From Alkalihalobacillus sp. LMS6 (GTDB lineage Bacteria; Bacillota; Bacilli; Bacillales; Bacillaceae_D): a DNA stretch of 24,000 nucleotides. This document shows positions 8,376 through 19,012 of this stretch, one piece after another (the first letter of the stretch is position 1; each line of letters opens with the position of its first letter). The notes beneath the pieces were generated by a model, which saw only the letters and a program-made list of their open reading frames with translations, did not search any database and had not been told where the DNA came from. Location of the stretch: NCBI RefSeq assembly GCF_024362765.1, contig NZ_CP093302.1, positions 2,331,564-2,355,563 of the forward strand. Direction: 5' to 3'. The position numbers and the translations under genes were made by a program.

Positions 8376-10055
8376 TTACGTTTTTTTGTGACTTGCTAAT
8401 GCTAATAATTCTTTTGCATTTTCTTTAGTAATGTCCGTTACTTCAAATCCAGAAAGCATTCGAGCAAGTTCATTTGTTTTTTCTTCTTCATTTAATGAAA
8501 TCACTTCTGTTTTTACACGGTCTGCTTTATTTTCTTTTCTAATAAATAAATGTTGATCAGCCATTGCAGCAACTTGCGGCAAATGTGTAATACATAATAC
8601 TTGTGAACCAACAGAAATATGATACATCTTTTCAGCGATGGCTTGTGCAACGCGACCACTTACGCCTGTGTCCACTTCATCAAAAATAACAGAAGTAAGG
8701 TTTTGAGAAGCCGAAAAAATCGTTTTTAGCGCTAGCATAATTCGTGATATTTCTCCGCCGGAAGCCACTTTAATTAATGATTTTAATGGTTCGCCTTGGT
8801 TTGTTGAAATTAAAAAAGCAGCTTGATCTTGTCCATTTTTATAAAAGGAATCTGTTTGCTTTAACTCAACATGAAAGGATGCCTTCTCCATGTAAAGTTG
8901 GCTTAATTCCGTCATCAAAGCTGCCTCTAACTGCTGTGCTAATTGTTTTCGGATTTTCGTTATGGTTTCAGATTCAATTGTTAAGTCTTCGATGATGGCG
9001 TTTCTTGTATCTTGCAAGTCCTCTAAATGAATATCTTTATTTTCCATTTCCTCTAATTCGCGCTCAATGGTTTCTGCATATGTAAGAATGTCTTTTACCG
9101 ATGAGCCGTATTTCCGCTTTAACTTCTCAATTTCTGCTAAACGATTTTCTACCTCTTCGAGTAAGGAGGGGTTAAAATCAACTTGATCCAATGCCTCGCG
9201 AATTGAATAAGAAGCTTCTTCAATTAAATAGTAACTTGACGACATTTGTTCAAAGAGAGGCTGCAGGTCTTCGTCAATGCCAGCGGCACTTTCAAGATGA
9301 CTAAGCATTCCGCTTAGATAATCGAGCCCTTTGTCTTCCCCGTATAAATGTTCATAACTACGCGTCAGAGACTCAAATAATTTCTCACTGTTGGCAAGCT
9401 TGTTACGATCTTTTAAAAGCTGATCGTCTTCTCCAACCTGCAAATTTATTTTGGAAATTTCACCAAGTTGATACGTATACAAATCGGTCTTTTGCGCAAT
9501 TTCTTGTGCGTTTTGATCCAATTCTTTGATTCGTTTGTTTGTCGTTTCCAGTTTCGTAAAAAGCTTTCGGTATTCATTTAGCGCTTTTTTGAGCGTATCT
9601 CCACCGAATTGATCCAATAATGAAAGGTGCTCGTCTTCGCGCATGAGCGCTTGGTGTTCATGTTGACCATGGATATCAACAAGGGCCTGTCCGATTTCTC
9701 GCAATGTACCGATCGTCATAAGCTTTCCATTTATGCGACAAATGCTTTTTCCTGTATGGGTAATTTCTCGCCTCATAATGAGCATATCGTCTTCCATGTC
9801 AATTCCTAATGATTCTAATTTCGCTTCAATATGACGGGCATCTTCAATAATAAATAAGCCTTCAATTTCCGCTTTTTTCTCTCCGTGACGAACAAATTCT
9901 ACCGATCCTCGCCCACCTAAAAGCAAACCGATTGCATCAATAATGATTGATTTCCCGGCTCCCGTCTCTCCAGTTAAAACGGTTAACCCTTTTTCAAATG
10001 GAATGGTAAGAGAAGAGATGATCGCAAAATTCTTAACGGTTAATTCCATTAACAT
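8376..10055 (-). CDS. recN: DNA repair protein RecN
   Basis: MELTVKNFAIISSLTIPFEKGLTVLTGETGAGKSIIIDAIGLLLGGRG...ALVDIHGQHEHQALM...SVIFDEVDTGVSGRVAQAIAEKM. Confidence 0.97.
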   Translation of the reverse strand: MLMELTVKNFAIISSLTIPFEKGLTVLTGETGAGKSIIIDAIGLLLGGRGSVEFVRHGEKKAEIEGLFIIEDARHIEAKLESLGIDMEDDMLIMRREITHTGKSICRINGKLMTIGTLREIGQALVDIHGQHEHQALMREDEHLSLLDQFGGDTLKKALNEYRKLFTKLETTNKRIKELDQNAQEIAQKTDLYTYQLGEISKINLQVGEDDQLLKDRNKLANSEKLFESLTRSYEHLYGEDKGLDYLSGMLSHLESAAGIDEDLQPLFEQMSSSYYLIEEASYSIREALDQVDFNPSLLEEVENRLAEIEKLKRKYGSSVKDILTYAETIERELEEMENKDIHLEDLQDTRNAIIEDLTIESETITKIRKQLAQQLEAALMTELSQLYMEKASFHVELKQTDSFYKNGQDQAAFLISTNQGEPLKSLIKVASGGEISRIMLALKTIFSASQNLTSVIFDEVDTGVSGRVAQAIAEKMYHISVGSQVLCITHLPQVAAMADQHLFIRKENKADRVKTEVISLNEEEKTNELARMLSGFEVTDITKENAKELLALASHKKT

Positions 10056-10073
10056 ACAAGCAAGTCCACCCTT

Positions 10074-10523
10074 CTAAAGCATATTTAAAAATCGCTCTGT
10101 CACGGTTTCGCCATTTTTTTCCGTTCGACAAATAATTAAAATGGTATCATCTCCACAAATGGTCCCCATTAGTTCTGGCCAATCTAAATTGTCAATTAAC
10201 ACCGCTATTGCATTTGCATTCCCAGGCATCGCTTTCATCACAACTAAATTGCCTGATTGATCAATACTAATAAAGCTATCCGTTAACATTCGTTTAAGTT
10301 TTTGCTGAGGATTAAATTTTTGATCAGCCGGTAAACTGTATTTATAGCGTCCATCCTGCATGGGTACTTTCACTAAATGAAGTTCCTTAATATCTCTTGA
10401 AACTGTTGCTTGTGTAACATTATAGCCATCATTTCTTAATTGATCGACTAAATCATCTTGCGTTTCAATTTCATCATTCGTAATAATTTCTCTAATTTTT
10501 ATATGGCGTTGTCCTTTAGTCAT
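10074..10523 (-). CDS. argR: Arginine repressor ArgR/AhrC
   Basis: [54 protein letters not shown]...[14 protein letters not shown]. 149 aa, between recN and tlyA. Confidence 0.97.
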   Translation of the reverse strand: MTKGQRHIKIREIITNDEIETQDDLVDQLRNDGYNVTQATVSRDIKELHLVKVPMQDGRYKYSLPADQKFNPQQKLKRMLTDSFISIDQSGNLVVMKAMPGNANAIAVLIDNLDWPELMGTICGDDTILIICRTEKNGETVTERFLNML

Positions 10524-10712
10524 GCCATCACCTAACCTTCTAACAGATTCATTTTCCGACGGTGTTTCTTCTATTATCTACAGTTTACCCTAATTGAGCA
10601 AGGTTGGAACCATTGCATTTAACATCACTGTAAAAGAACCCTCCTTTATTTACATGACATGAACTGCATAAGCAGTCACTTCAAGTATTTGCTAAAGAGA
10701 GGGTCCAGATTG

Positions 10713-11528
10713 TTATTCTTTTTTTCGAAGCGCTTGTGACGCGTCGACAATTCGCTTCACTTCTTCATCGTCTAGTTTTTCAACGGTTGCTCGTTTCTTT
10801 AAATGAAGCAAAAACTCAATATTCCCATCTCCACCTGTGATCGGGGAAAACGCAAGACCGAATGAACTAAATCCAATCGTATGAGCAGTTGATAAAACCG
10901 TTTCAATTACGTCTTTATGAACAAGTGGATCGCGAACAATGCCTTTTTTTCCAACATGTTCTCTTCCTGCTTCAAATTGAGGTTTAATTAACGCAATGAC
11001 GTCTCCTTCATCAGATAAAATATCAAATAGCGGAGGCAAAATTAACTTTAGCGATATAAAGGATACATCGATTGAAGCAAATTGCGGACGCTCGTTCGTA
11101 AAGTCAGACTGTGTCGCATAGCGAAAATTCATTCGCTCCATCACCGTTACACGGTCATCTTGTCTAATTTTCCATGCAAGTTGATTATAGCCGACGTCCA
11201 CCGCATACATTGATTTGGCATCGTTCTGAAGGGCACAATCAGTGAACCCGCCTGTGGATGCACCAATATCAAGTCCCACTTTATCTTTAATTTCTAGTTC
11301 AAAGACTTCGAGGGCCTTTTCTAGCTTCAACCCACCGCGACTTACATATTTCAACGTATCGCCTTTAATTCGTATTGGCAGATCAGAATCGACTTTTAAA
11401 CCAGGCTTATCAAGTCGTTCATGCTCGCTAAACACAAGCCCCGCCATAATGCTTCTTTTCGCTTTTTCCCTCGTCTCAGTTAAACCTCTTTCGACAAGAA
11501 GGACATCAAGCCTTTCTTTTTTTCCCAT
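10713..11528 (-). CDS. tlyA: TlyA/YqxC family rRNA 2'-O-methyltransferase (hemolysin A-like), with S4 domain
   Basis: RLDVLLVERGLTETREKAKRSIMAG, KYVSRGGLKLEKAL, GLDIGASTGGFTDCALQ, ALIKPQFEAGRE. Confidence 0.93.
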   Translation of the reverse strand: MGKKERLDVLLVERGLTETREKAKRSIMAGLVFSEHERLDKPGLKVDSDLPIRIKGDTLKYVSRGGLKLEKALEVFELEIKDKVGLDIGASTGGFTDCALQNDAKSMYAVDVGYNQLAWKIRQDDRVTVMERMNFRYATQSDFTNERPQFASIDVSFISLKLILPPLFDILSDEGDVIALIKPQFEAGREHVGKKGIVRDPLVHKDVIETVLSTAHTIGFSSFGLAFSPITGGDGNIEFLLHLKKRATVEKLDDEEVKRIVDASQALRKKE

Positions 11529-11534
11529 GCGCCA

Positions 11535-13421
11535 TTAAGCTCTTTTCTTTTTTTGTGGAAGTTCAGAAAGCAATAAATCAGAAATTCGTTCTGACGTTAA
11601 TCCAATTTCTTCATAAAGTTCTTTCACGCTTCCATGTTCAATAAACCAATCTGGAATACCTAATCGCTTAATATCTACTTGAAGCGCCTCTTCGTTATAA
11701 AATTCCATTACCGCACTACCAAACCCACCTTGAAGAACGGATTCCTCAATTGTTAAAATTGGCAGCTTTTCTTCTGCAATCGTACGCAGCATGTCTTCAT
11801 CCAGTGGTTTAACAGAGTTCGCATTGACAAGACGTACATTATATCCTTGAGCAGTCATTGTCTCAATTGCCTTTTCCGCTACTGGAATCATCGTACCAAA
11901 TGTTAAAATGACCGCATCGGTTCCTTCATTTAGCACTTCCCACTTGCCAATTGGCAGCTGTTTTAATTGCTGATCCATTTTCACGCCTGTACCGTTTCCT
12001 CTTGGATAACGCACAGCGATTGGACCATCATCATATTTTACAGCTGTATAAAGCATGTGCTGTAGTTCGTTTTCATTTCTTGGATTCAAGATGACCATAT
12101 TTGGTAGCGCTCTTAAGAACGATATATCAAACACACCTTGGTGCGTCTCACCATCAGCACCTACAAGGCCCGCACGATCAATTGCAATTAAGACATTTAA
12201 GTTTTGACGACAGATATCATGAACGACTTGATCGTATCCACGCTGTAAAAACGTTGAATAAACAGCAAACACTGGTTTCATTCCTTGTGTAGCTAGTCCA
12301 GCAGACATCGTCGCTGCGTGTTGCTCTGCAATCCCTACATCAATCATTCGATCTGGAAACTCTTGCGCAAATAAATCAAGTTTTGAGCCACCTGGCATTG
12401 CTGGCGTAACCGCCACTACACGATCATCTTCACGAGCAATTGTCTTTAGTGTATTTGCAAACACACTTGGATAACTAGGCGGTCCGGCTTTTTTCACCAT
12501 CTCACCATTTTCAATTTTATAAGGTCCAGTACCGTGCCAAGCACCTGTTGCATCTTCTTCAGCCGGTTTATAACCTTTTCCTTTTTTCGTTAGAACGTGA
12601 ACAAGAACAGGACCACTCACTTTTTTTGCATAGTTTAAATTATGTTTTAAATCTTCTAAGTCATGACCATCGACAGGTCCGAGATACGTAAAGCCCATTT
12701 CTTCAAAGAAAATGCCAGAAACGACCATGTATTTCAAACTATCTTTTACACGCTCTGCTGTATCAGCAAGCTTTCCGCCAAATGCCGGAATTTTTCGTAC
12801 CAACCATTCCATGTCGTCTTTTGCACGTTGATATTTTCCTGCAGTACGAAGCTTTCCTAAAATATGATGAAGAGCGCCTACGTTTGGTGCAATGGACATT
12901 TCATTGTCATTTAAAACAACAATTAAGTTCTTTTGCTCATGACCAATATGATTCAAAGCTTCAAGAGCCATCCCACCAGTCAACGCGCCGTCACCAATAA
13001 TCGCAACAACACTTTCATCTGTTCCTTTTAAATCTCTAGCCGTTGCCATCCCCATTGCACCTGACAAGGACGTTGAACTGTGCCCAGTTTCCCATACATC
13101 ATGTTCGCTTTCATTGCGCTTAGGAAATCCACATAATCCTTTATATTGACGCATCGTATCAAAGCGATCCGCTCTACCCGTCAATATTTTGTGTACATAA
13201 GCTTGGTGGCCAACATCCCATAAAAATTTATCTTTTGGGCTGTCAAACAATTGGTGCAAAGCTAATGTCAATTCAACGACACCAAGGTTTGGACCGATGT
13301 GGCCTCCGTTCACAGATAGCTTCTCAATAAGGAATTGTCGAATATCTGCTGCTAATTCTTCAAGCTGTTTATTTGAATATTGTTTAAGAAAGCTTGGGTC
13401 TTTTATTTCTTCAAGGTTCAT
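11535..13421 (-). CDS. dxs: 1-deoxy-D-xylulose-5-phosphate synthase
   Basis: [66 protein letters not shown] 13421 sits 8 nt after GGAGG. Confidence 0.97.
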   Translation of the reverse strand: MNLEEIKDPSFLKQYSNKQLEELAADIRQFLIEKLSVNGGHIGPNLGVVELTLALHQLFDSPKDKFLWDVGHQAYVHKILTGRADRFDTMRQYKGLCGFPKRNESEHDVWETGHSSTSLSGAMGMATARDLKGTDESVVAIIGDGALTGGMALEALNHIGHEQKNLIVVLNDNEMSIAPNVGALHHILGKLRTAGKYQRAKDDMEWLVRKIPAFGGKLADTAERVKDSLKYMVVSGIFFEEMGFTYLGPVDGHDLEDLKHNLNYAKKVSGPVLVHVLTKKGKGYKPAEEDATGAWHGTGPYKIENGEMVKKAGPPSYPSVFANTLKTIAREDDRVVAVTPAMPGGSKLDLFAQEFPDRMIDVGIAEQHAATMSAGLATQGMKPVFAVYSTFLQRGYDQVVHDICRQNLNVLIAIDRAGLVGADGETHQGVFDISFLRALPNMVILNPRNENELQHMLYTAVKYDDGPIAVRYPRGNGTGVKMDQQLKQLPIGKWEVLNEGTDAVILTFGTMIPVAEKAIETMTAQGYNVRLVNANSVKPLDEDMLRTIAEEKLPILTIEESVLQGGFGSAVMEFYNEEALQVDIKRLGIPDWFIEHGSVKELYEEIGLTSERISDLLLSELPQKKKRA

Positions 13422-13488
13422 AAACGAAACCTCCATTTACTAATCATTTTTATCCGTCTATCTCGTCAATGTTATCGTATGTATCATT

Positions 13489-13494
13489 ATTATA
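13489..13494 (-). promoter_or_regulatory. Possible sigma-A -10 element upstream of dxs
   Basis: TATAAT on the reverse strand about 70 nt before dxs, in the gap after the ispA terminator. The -35 is weak. Confidence 0.3.
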
Positions 13495-13561
13495 ACAAAA
13501 ACAAGTCTATCTAGAACAGTAATACCCTGTATTGTGAACCATACACTATTCTCACAAAAAA

Positions 13562-13583
13562 AACCAGCCAAACGGTGCTGGTT
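13562..13583 (-). terminator. Terminator of ispA
   Basis: Reverse strand reads AACCAGC-accgtttg-GCTGGTT followed by a T run, immediately past the ispA stop. Confidence 0.85.
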
Positions 13584-13585
13584 CT

Positions 13586-14470
13586 TTAACGATCCCGATC
13601 AACAATATAAGTGGCCATATCTTCTAATAATGTATCCCTTAATCCAAGTTCATCCAGGTAATGTAATGCTTGCTCATAATGATTAGACAACATTGTTTTG
13701 GCTCCGTCCAAACCTAATATGCCAGGATAGGTGCTCTTGTCATTATGTACGTCACTGCCAACTGGCTTCCCTATATCTTCAACACTACCTTCTAAATCGA
13801 GAATGTCATCTTTTATTTGAAACAATAAGCCAACTTCTTTTCCGTATGCACTCAACAATTTAGTCTCGTGTTCTGATGCGCCTGCGATGATTGCCCCTGC
13901 TTTAACTGCAAAAGCAAGCAATTCTCCTGTTTTCCGATTATGGATCGATGCAAGCTGGTCAACATCAAGAGACTTTCCTTCAGCGATCATATCAGCTAAT
14001 TGACCACCGACCATTCCTCTTGCGCCTGCTGCTTTGCTAAATAATGAAACAAGCTGAATTTTTGTTTCCGCAGACAAGTGCTTCACTTCAGCGAGAAGGG
14101 AGAAGCTATGGGTTAAGAGCGCATCTCCTGCTAAAATGGCCGTTGCTTCCCCAAACACTTTATGATTCGTCGGCTTTCCACGTCGTAAATCATCGTCATC
14201 CATTGCAGGTAAGTCGTCATGAATGAGGGAATAAGTGTGAACCATTTCTAATGCACAGGCTACTTCAATTCCATCTTTAATCGGGCAATTATATGCATCT
14301 AAAACAGCCATTAATAAAACAGGACGTACCCGCTTCCCACCTGCTTCTAAAGAATACAACATCGCTTCTTTTAAACGATGTTCAGCATCAAGCGAGCGAA
14401 CGTACTCAGGTAATTCCCTTTCAATCAATTGCTTCGTTTCATTTAAAAACGATTCAAATGTATGGTTCAC
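13586..14470 (-). CDS. ispA: Geranylgeranyl/farnesyl diphosphate synthase (polyprenyl synthetase)
   Basis: MRPVLL-type GGKRVRPVLLMAV, YSLIHDDLPAMDDDDLRRGKPTNH and FQIKDDILDLEGS. GTG start at 14470 overlaps the xseB stop after AAGGAGG. Confidence 0.96.
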   Translation of the reverse strand: MNHTFESFLNETKQLIERELPEYVRSLDAEHRLKEAMLYSLEAGGKRVRPVLLMAVLDAYNCPIKDGIEVACALEMVHTYSLIHDDLPAMDDDDLRRGKPTNHKVFGEATAILAGDALLTHSFSLLAEVKHLSAETKIQLVSLFSKAAGARGMVGGQLADMIAEGKSLDVDQLASIHNRKTGELLAFAVKAGAIIAGASEHETKLLSAYGKEVGLLFQIKDDILDLEGSVEDIGKPVGSDVHNDKSTYPGILGLDGAKTMLSNHYEQALHYLDELGLRDTLLEDMATYIVDRDR

Positions 14471-14709
14471 TCACTTTCCTCCTTCTTCATATTAAGCTCT
14501 AACATTTCACCGTCTTCTGTCATAATTTGATCCAGTTGCTTTTCAATCGAGACAAGTTTATCATGGCAAGTTTTGGATAGATTTATTCCTTTTTTATATA
14601 AGTCAATCGCCTTTTCCAGTGCAACGTCACCTTGCTCAAGACCTTCTACAATTTCTTCAAGCTGTTTCATTGCTTCTTCAAAAGGAATATCATTCTGTTG
14701 TTTCTCCAC
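14467..14709 (-). CDS. xseB: Exodeoxyribonuclease VII small subunit
   Basis: IPFEEAMKQLEEIVEGLEQGDVALEKAIDLYKKGINLSKTCHDKL. GTG at 14709 has an AAGGAG SD and gives an 80-aa product; the track start at 14787 is over-extended into xseA. Confidence 0.92.
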   Translation of the reverse strand: MEKQQNDIPFEEAMKQLEEIVEGLEQGDVALEKAIDLYKKGINLSKTCHDKLVSIEKQLDQIMTEDGEMLELNMKKEESE

Positions 14710-16051
14710 CTTGGTCAACTCCTTCGTGATTAATGTCTTTAATAACTCCAGTAGCCCGGCCATCTTTAAAAAGAAGGCGAACTTCAAGATTTTCCTCTAG
14801 CTCATCAACAGATTTTAGAAGCTTGTCTTCTTTATACACTAGCGAATACCCACGATTCATGATCTTTAATGGACTAAGAAGTTCGAGCTGAGCAAGAAGG
14901 GAATCCAGTTGCTTCTGCTTTTCGTTCATTTGAGTTTCAAGAGCGTGTATTAGCCTTTGGTCCAGTCGCTCGAGGTCTTTTTTCTGCGCATTGACCAGTG
15001 TAGCTGGTTGATTTCGTAAAAGGCGTTGATGAGTTGCGTGAAACATCATTTGCTTTTCTTTGATGCTTCGCTGTATCTCTCGGTTCATACGCTCTACAGC
15101 TTGATCAAGCTGCTGCTCTTTTTGTTCGACCATCTGTTTGGGTGAGCGAAACGCATATGAGCGCTTAAGGTACTGAAGTTGGGCGCGTTTTTTTTCAGCC
15201 AATTGTTCCATCGCTCTTACAATTCGTTGCTGATAAGTATGCACTTGATTTAATTTCTCGCGAATATCAGGAACAGCCATTTCAGCTGCAGCTGTTGGCG
15301 TAGGGGCTCGTAAATCTGCCACAAAATCGCTAATGGTATAATCTGTTTCATGCCCTACTGCTGAAATAATTGGGAGGGTTGAAGCACTAATCGCTCTAAC
15401 AACACGCTCTTCATTAAACGCCCAGAGTTCTTCAATCGAGCCGCCTCCTCGACCAACAATAATGACATCGAAAATAGCTGCTTCATTTGCTTGAAGTATC
15501 GCTCGTTCAATTGAAGCTGGTGCGAAATCACCTTGAACCGCAACAGGTAAAAGCGTCACACGCACATTCGGCATCCGTCTTTTTACTGTTGTTAAAATAT
15601 CTCGTATGACCGCTCCTGTCTGAGAGGTAATCACTGCAATATGATTAGGATAGACGGGAATAGGTTTTTTGCGCTCTTGGGCAAACAACCCTTCGTTTTC
15701 TAACTGCTGTTTTAACCGTTCGAACGCCACATGTAAACTTCCAATACCATCTGGCTGCATTTCTTTTACGTAAAATTGATATTGTCCATAAGGTTCATAC
15801 ACGTTGATTTCCCCACGTAAAAGCACTTTCATCCCGTTTTCTGGCAAGAAGCGCAAATGCTGATTGTATCCGGCAAACATGACAGACTGCATACGAGCAT
15901 TCTCGTCTTTGACTGTGAAATACATATGCCCTCTAGAATGGCGTTTGAAGTTAGAGAGTTCTCCTCTAATCCATACTTCAATTAAATGAGAGTCGCTTTC
16001 TATTAGTCGTTTGATGTATCTCGTTGCTTCACTTACGGACCATGCTTCCAT
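14690..16051 (-). CDS. xseA: Exodeoxyribonuclease VII large subunit
   Basis: VWIRGELSNFKRHSRGHMYFTVKD, VAVITSQTGAVIRDI, IIVGRGGGSIEELWAFN, VSAVGHETDYTISDFVADLRAPTPTAAAE (family-typical). ATG 16051 follows AAGGAGG. Confidence 0.97.
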   Translation of the reverse strand: MEAWSVSEATRYIKRLIESDSHLIEVWIRGELSNFKRHSRGHMYFTVKDENARMQSVMFAGYNQHLRFLPENGMKVLLRGEINVYEPYGQYQFYVKEMQPDGIGSLHVAFERLKQQLENEGLFAQERKKPIPVYPNHIAVITSQTGAVIRDILTTVKRRMPNVRVTLLPVAVQGDFAPASIERAILQANEAAIFDVIIVGRGGGSIEELWAFNEERVVRAISASTLPIISAVGHETDYTISDFVADLRAPTPTAAAEMAVPDIREKLNQVHTYQQRIVRAMEQLAEKKRAQLQYLKRSYAFRSPKQMVEQKEQQLDQAVERMNREIQRSIKEKQMMFHATHQRLLRNQPATLVNAQKKDLERLDQRLIHALETQMNEKQKQLDSLLAQLELLSPLKIMNRGYSLVYKEDKLLKSVDELEENLEVRLLFKDGRATGVIKDINHEGVDQGGETTE

Positions 16052-16084
16052 CGTAGCCCTCCTTCCCTCTTGGTTCATTTCAAC

Positions 16085-16495
16085 CTATTGATGATCTTTT
16101 TTTAATGCTGTTTCATACGCACCAGAAAGAACGCCATTCATGAAACGCCCCGCTTCTTGACCACCGTATGCTTTTGCTAATTCAATTGCTTCATTCAATG
16201 TAATATTTTTTTCAATATCATCTATATATATCATTTCGTATAAGGCCATTCGCGCAATAGAACGATCAACATGACCTAGACGGTCAATCGTATAGCCTTT
16301 TAAATTTTGACTAAGCAATTCATCTAAATGTTCTTTGTACTGTAACGTCCCTTCCAACAATTGGAGGAAAAAGTCACTTGCTTGTTCTTCATGGTTGAGC
16401 GTGTTCTCAATTGCTTGACTTGTTTCCAAAGTTGAAACAAGGCTAAGCTGATAGAGAGCTTGTACGGCTCGAAGTCTTGCCACACGTCTGTTCAT
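16085..16495 (-). CDS. nusB: Transcription antitermination protein NusB
   Basis: MNRRVARLRAVQALYQL...LDRIGHVDR-type LDRLGHVDRSIARMALYEMIY...NEAIELAKAYGG. ATG 16495 with AAAGGAG SD. Confidence 0.96.
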   Translation of the reverse strand: MNRRVARLRAVQALYQLSLVSTLETSQAIENTLNHEEQASDFFLQLLEGTLQYKEHLDELLSQNLKGYTIDRLGHVDRSIARMALYEMIYIDDIEKNITLNEAIELAKAYGGQEAGRFMNGVLSGAYETALKKDHQ

Positions 16496-16563
16496 AGTTA
16501 ACTCCTTTTTCATTTATGCTTTTCATTATAACGTAAAACCTGCTATACGTAAAAACACAGAGA

Positions 16564-16591
16564 AAGAGAATCGACCATGGTCGATTCTCTT
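16564..16591 (-). terminator. Perfect 28-nt palindrome, terminator between the Asp23 family gene and nusB
   Basis: AAGAGAATCGACCATGGTCGATTCTCTT is fully self-complementary, and GTGTTTTTAC follows in the minus direction. Confidence 0.75.
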
Positions 16592-16612
16592 CTCCATATC
16601 ATCGGTGAATCG

Positions 16613-17017
16613 TTATTCAACTTCTTCTTCAATTGGTGCATTTGGTGTATCAAAATACACGCCTACGACATGAACGTTAATTTCTGTAAGCTGAATCGCA
16701 GTCATCGTTTCAAGGGCTTGCTGGATGTTTAATTGAATTAACTTTGCGACTTCAGGTACAGATGCTCCATAAGCAATAACAATGGAAACATCAACATTAA
16801 TGCCTTCTTCATTTAAATCTACTTTTACACCTTTACCATGATTCTTACGGCCTAAACGCTCTGCAACATCAGCAGCAAAATTGCCGCGTAATGCCGCTAC
16901 GCCTTCAATCTCTTGAGTAGCAATACCTGCAATGACCTCAATCACTTCAGGTGAAATTTCGACTTTCCCTAACCCGCTTTTTTCTTCATCTAATTCTAAT
17001 AACTGATGATCTTCCAT
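16613..17017 (-). CDS. yqhY: Asp23/Gls24 family envelope stress response protein (YqhY-like)
   Basis: GKVEISPEVIEVIAGIATQEIEGVAALRG...RKNHGKGVKVDL...VDVSIVIAYGASVPEVAKLIQLNI. ATG 17017 after AAAGGAG, downstream of accC. Confidence 0.9.
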   Translation of the reverse strand: MEDHQLLELDEEKSGLGKVEISPEVIEVIAGIATQEIEGVAALRGNFAADVAERLGRKNHGKGVKVDLNEEGINVDVSIVIAYGASVPEVAKLIQLNIQQALETMTAIQLTEINVHVVGVYFDTPNAPIEEEVE

Positions 17018-17030
17018 CTTTAACACTCCT

Positions 17031-18392
17031 TTACGATTGTTTCGCTGGCATCACTTCATATTCTTCAATGAATTTCGTATTGAAATCCCCTGAAATAAAC
17101 TTCTCATGATTAAACAAATGTAAATGAAATGGAATCGTTGTGTCCACTCCGTCTACTTCAAATTCTTCAAGAGCTCGCTTCATTTTGGCGATCGCCTCTT
17201 CTCTTGTCTCACCATGAGTAATCACTTTGGCAATCATAGAATCATAGAACGGACTAATTTTATAGCCAGGGTAAGCTGCTGAATCAACTCTCACGCCAAA
17301 TCCACCAGGTGCTAAATAGTCTTGGATCGTTCCAGGAGATGGCATAAAATTCTTAAATGGGTTTTCGGCGTTAATTCGGCATTCAATGGACCAACCTTTA
17401 AACGTTACTTCCTCTTGTTTGACGGAAAGTGTCTCATTGTTTGCTATGCGAATCTGCTCTTTTACTAAGTCTATTCCTGTAACCATTTCGGTTACCGGAT
17501 GTTCAACTTGTATCCGAGTATTCATTTCCATAAAGTAATAGTTCCCAGTATGGTGGTCATAGATAAATTCGACAGTGCCCGCGCCTGAGTATTCTACCGC
17601 TTTTGCTGCCGCTACTGCCGCTTCTCCCATTTCCGCACGTTTCTCTGACGTTAGTGCAGGAGACGGGGTTTCTTCAACAAGTTTTTGCAATCGACGTTGA
17701 ATCGAACAATCGCGCTCACCTAAATGAATCGTATTCCCAAAATTATCTGCTAGAACCTGAATTTCTACGTGACGAAAATCTTCAATATATTTTTCTAAAT
17801 AAACGCCAGGATTTCCAAAAGCAGTAGCTGCTTCTTGTTGCGTCACTTCAAGCCCAGATTTCAATTCTTTTTCATCACGAGCTACGCGAATCCCTTTTCC
17901 GCCACCGCCAGCAGTCGCTTTAATAATCACTGGGTATCCAATGGTATTCGCAACTTCTTTGGCATCTTCGTATGATTCAACAATTCCTTCAGAACCGGGA
18001 ACAACTGGTACACCAGCAGCTTTCATCGTTTCTCTCGCGACATCTTTTGTCCCCATTTTGCTAATTGCCGAAGGACTCGGCCCAATAAACGTAATGTTGC
18101 AATCCCCGCAGATTTCTGCAAAATTGGCATTCTCCGAAAGAAATCCATAACCTGGGTGGATCGCGTCCGTCTCTGTAAGCGTTGCGACACTCATTAAGTT
18201 TGTAAAGTTTAAATAGCTTTTTGCTGAGGCCGTCGGTCCGATACAAAATGCTTCATCTGCTAATTGCACGTGTAATGCATCTGCATCTGCTTCAGAAAAG
18301 ACTGCAACGGTTTCAATCCCTAGCTCCTTACATGCGCGGATAATACGTACCGCAATTTCTCCTCGATTTGCAATTAAGACTCTTTTTATCAT
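17031..18392 (-). CDS. accC: Acetyl-CoA carboxylase, biotin carboxylase subunit
   Basis: [26 protein letters not shown]...[15 protein letters not shown]...[17 protein letters not shown]...[17 protein letters not shown]. Confidence 0.98.
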   Translation of the reverse strand: MIKRVLIANRGEIAVRIIRACKELGIETVAVFSEADADALHVQLADEAFCIGPTASAKSYLNFTNLMSVATLTETDAIHPGYGFLSENANFAEICGDCNITFIGPSPSAISKMGTKDVARETMKAAGVPVVPGSEGIVESYEDAKEVANTIGYPVIIKATAGGGGKGIRVARDEKELKSGLEVTQQEAATAFGNPGVYLEKYIEDFRHVEIQVLADNFGNTIHLGERDCSIQRRLQKLVEETPSPALTSEKRAEMGEAAVAAAKAVEYSGAGTVEFIYDHHTGNYYFMEMNTRIQVEHPVTEMVTGIDLVKEQIRIANNETLSVKQEEVTFKGWSIECRINAENPFKNFMPSPGTIQDYLAPGGFGVRVDSAAYPGYKISPFYDSMIAKVITHGETREEAIAKMKRALEEFEVDGVDTTIPFHLHLFNHEKFISGDFNTKFIEEYEVMPAKQS

Positions 18393-18411
18393 AACGTGTC
18401 CTCGCCCCTAG

Positions 18412-18903
18412 TTATTGACGTTCCACAACCATTAATGGCTGACCATACTCTACAAGCTCACCGTTTTCGGCAACGATTTCTACAATTTTCCCTTTTGTTT
18501 CAGATACGATTGGATTCATTAGCTTCATCGCTTCTACAATACAGACGACAGTATCTTCATTAACCGCATCTCCTTCTTGTACATAAGGGTCGGCATCTGG
18601 AGAAGGCGCCGAATAAAACGTTCCTACCATAGGCGATGTCACGGTAATTAAATTTTTGTTGTCTTCTTTTGTTTCCACTACCGTTTCTGTCTCAACATTT
18701 GTCTCTTCAACCACTCGTGTATCGTGAGTCGGTACACTTTTAGCAGACGGTTGAGCTGCAACCTGGAGAGGTTGTTCGGCAACTTGAACAGCGACTTGTT
18801 TTTTTAATGAAAGTTTCACATTGTCTTGTTCTAATTCTAACTCATTAATGGACGATTCATGCAGTGCATCTATTAAACTTTTAATTTCTTCAACTTTTAA
18901 CAT
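18412..18903 (-). CDS. accB: Acetyl-CoA carboxylase, biotin carboxyl carrier protein
   Basis: MLKVEEIKSLIDAL... Pro/Ala-rich linker ...VTSPMVGTFYSAPSPDADPYV...VEAMKLMNPIVSE (biotinylation site). Start revised to ATG 18903. Confidence 0.95.
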   Translation of the reverse strand: MLKVEEIKSLIDALHESSINELELEQDNVKLSLKKQVAVQVAEQPLQVAAQPSAKSVPTHDTRVVEETNVETETVVETKEDNKNLITVTSPMVGTFYSAPSPDADPYVQEGDAVNEDTVVCIVEAMKLMNPIVSETKGKIVEIVAENGELVEYGQPLMVVERQ

Positions 18904-19012
18904 AGCAATACAACTCCTTATTTCGTTCATATCATTGAACAAACTCAATTTACTACTTCTCTATTAGCAACGTCATTTCCTTTATGTATCTTTCTCATTG
19001 TAAACAAAGAGG

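Noticed and set aside
10540-10560. Possible ARG box before argR (AAATGAAT half-site)
   Set aside because: Only one half of the expected AATGAATAATTATNCA dyad is present, so the support is too weak.
13437-13585. AT-rich gap upstream of dxs as a possible riboswitch
   Set aside because: Explained by the ispA terminator plus a probable dxs promoter. No conserved riboswitch core could be recognised by eye.
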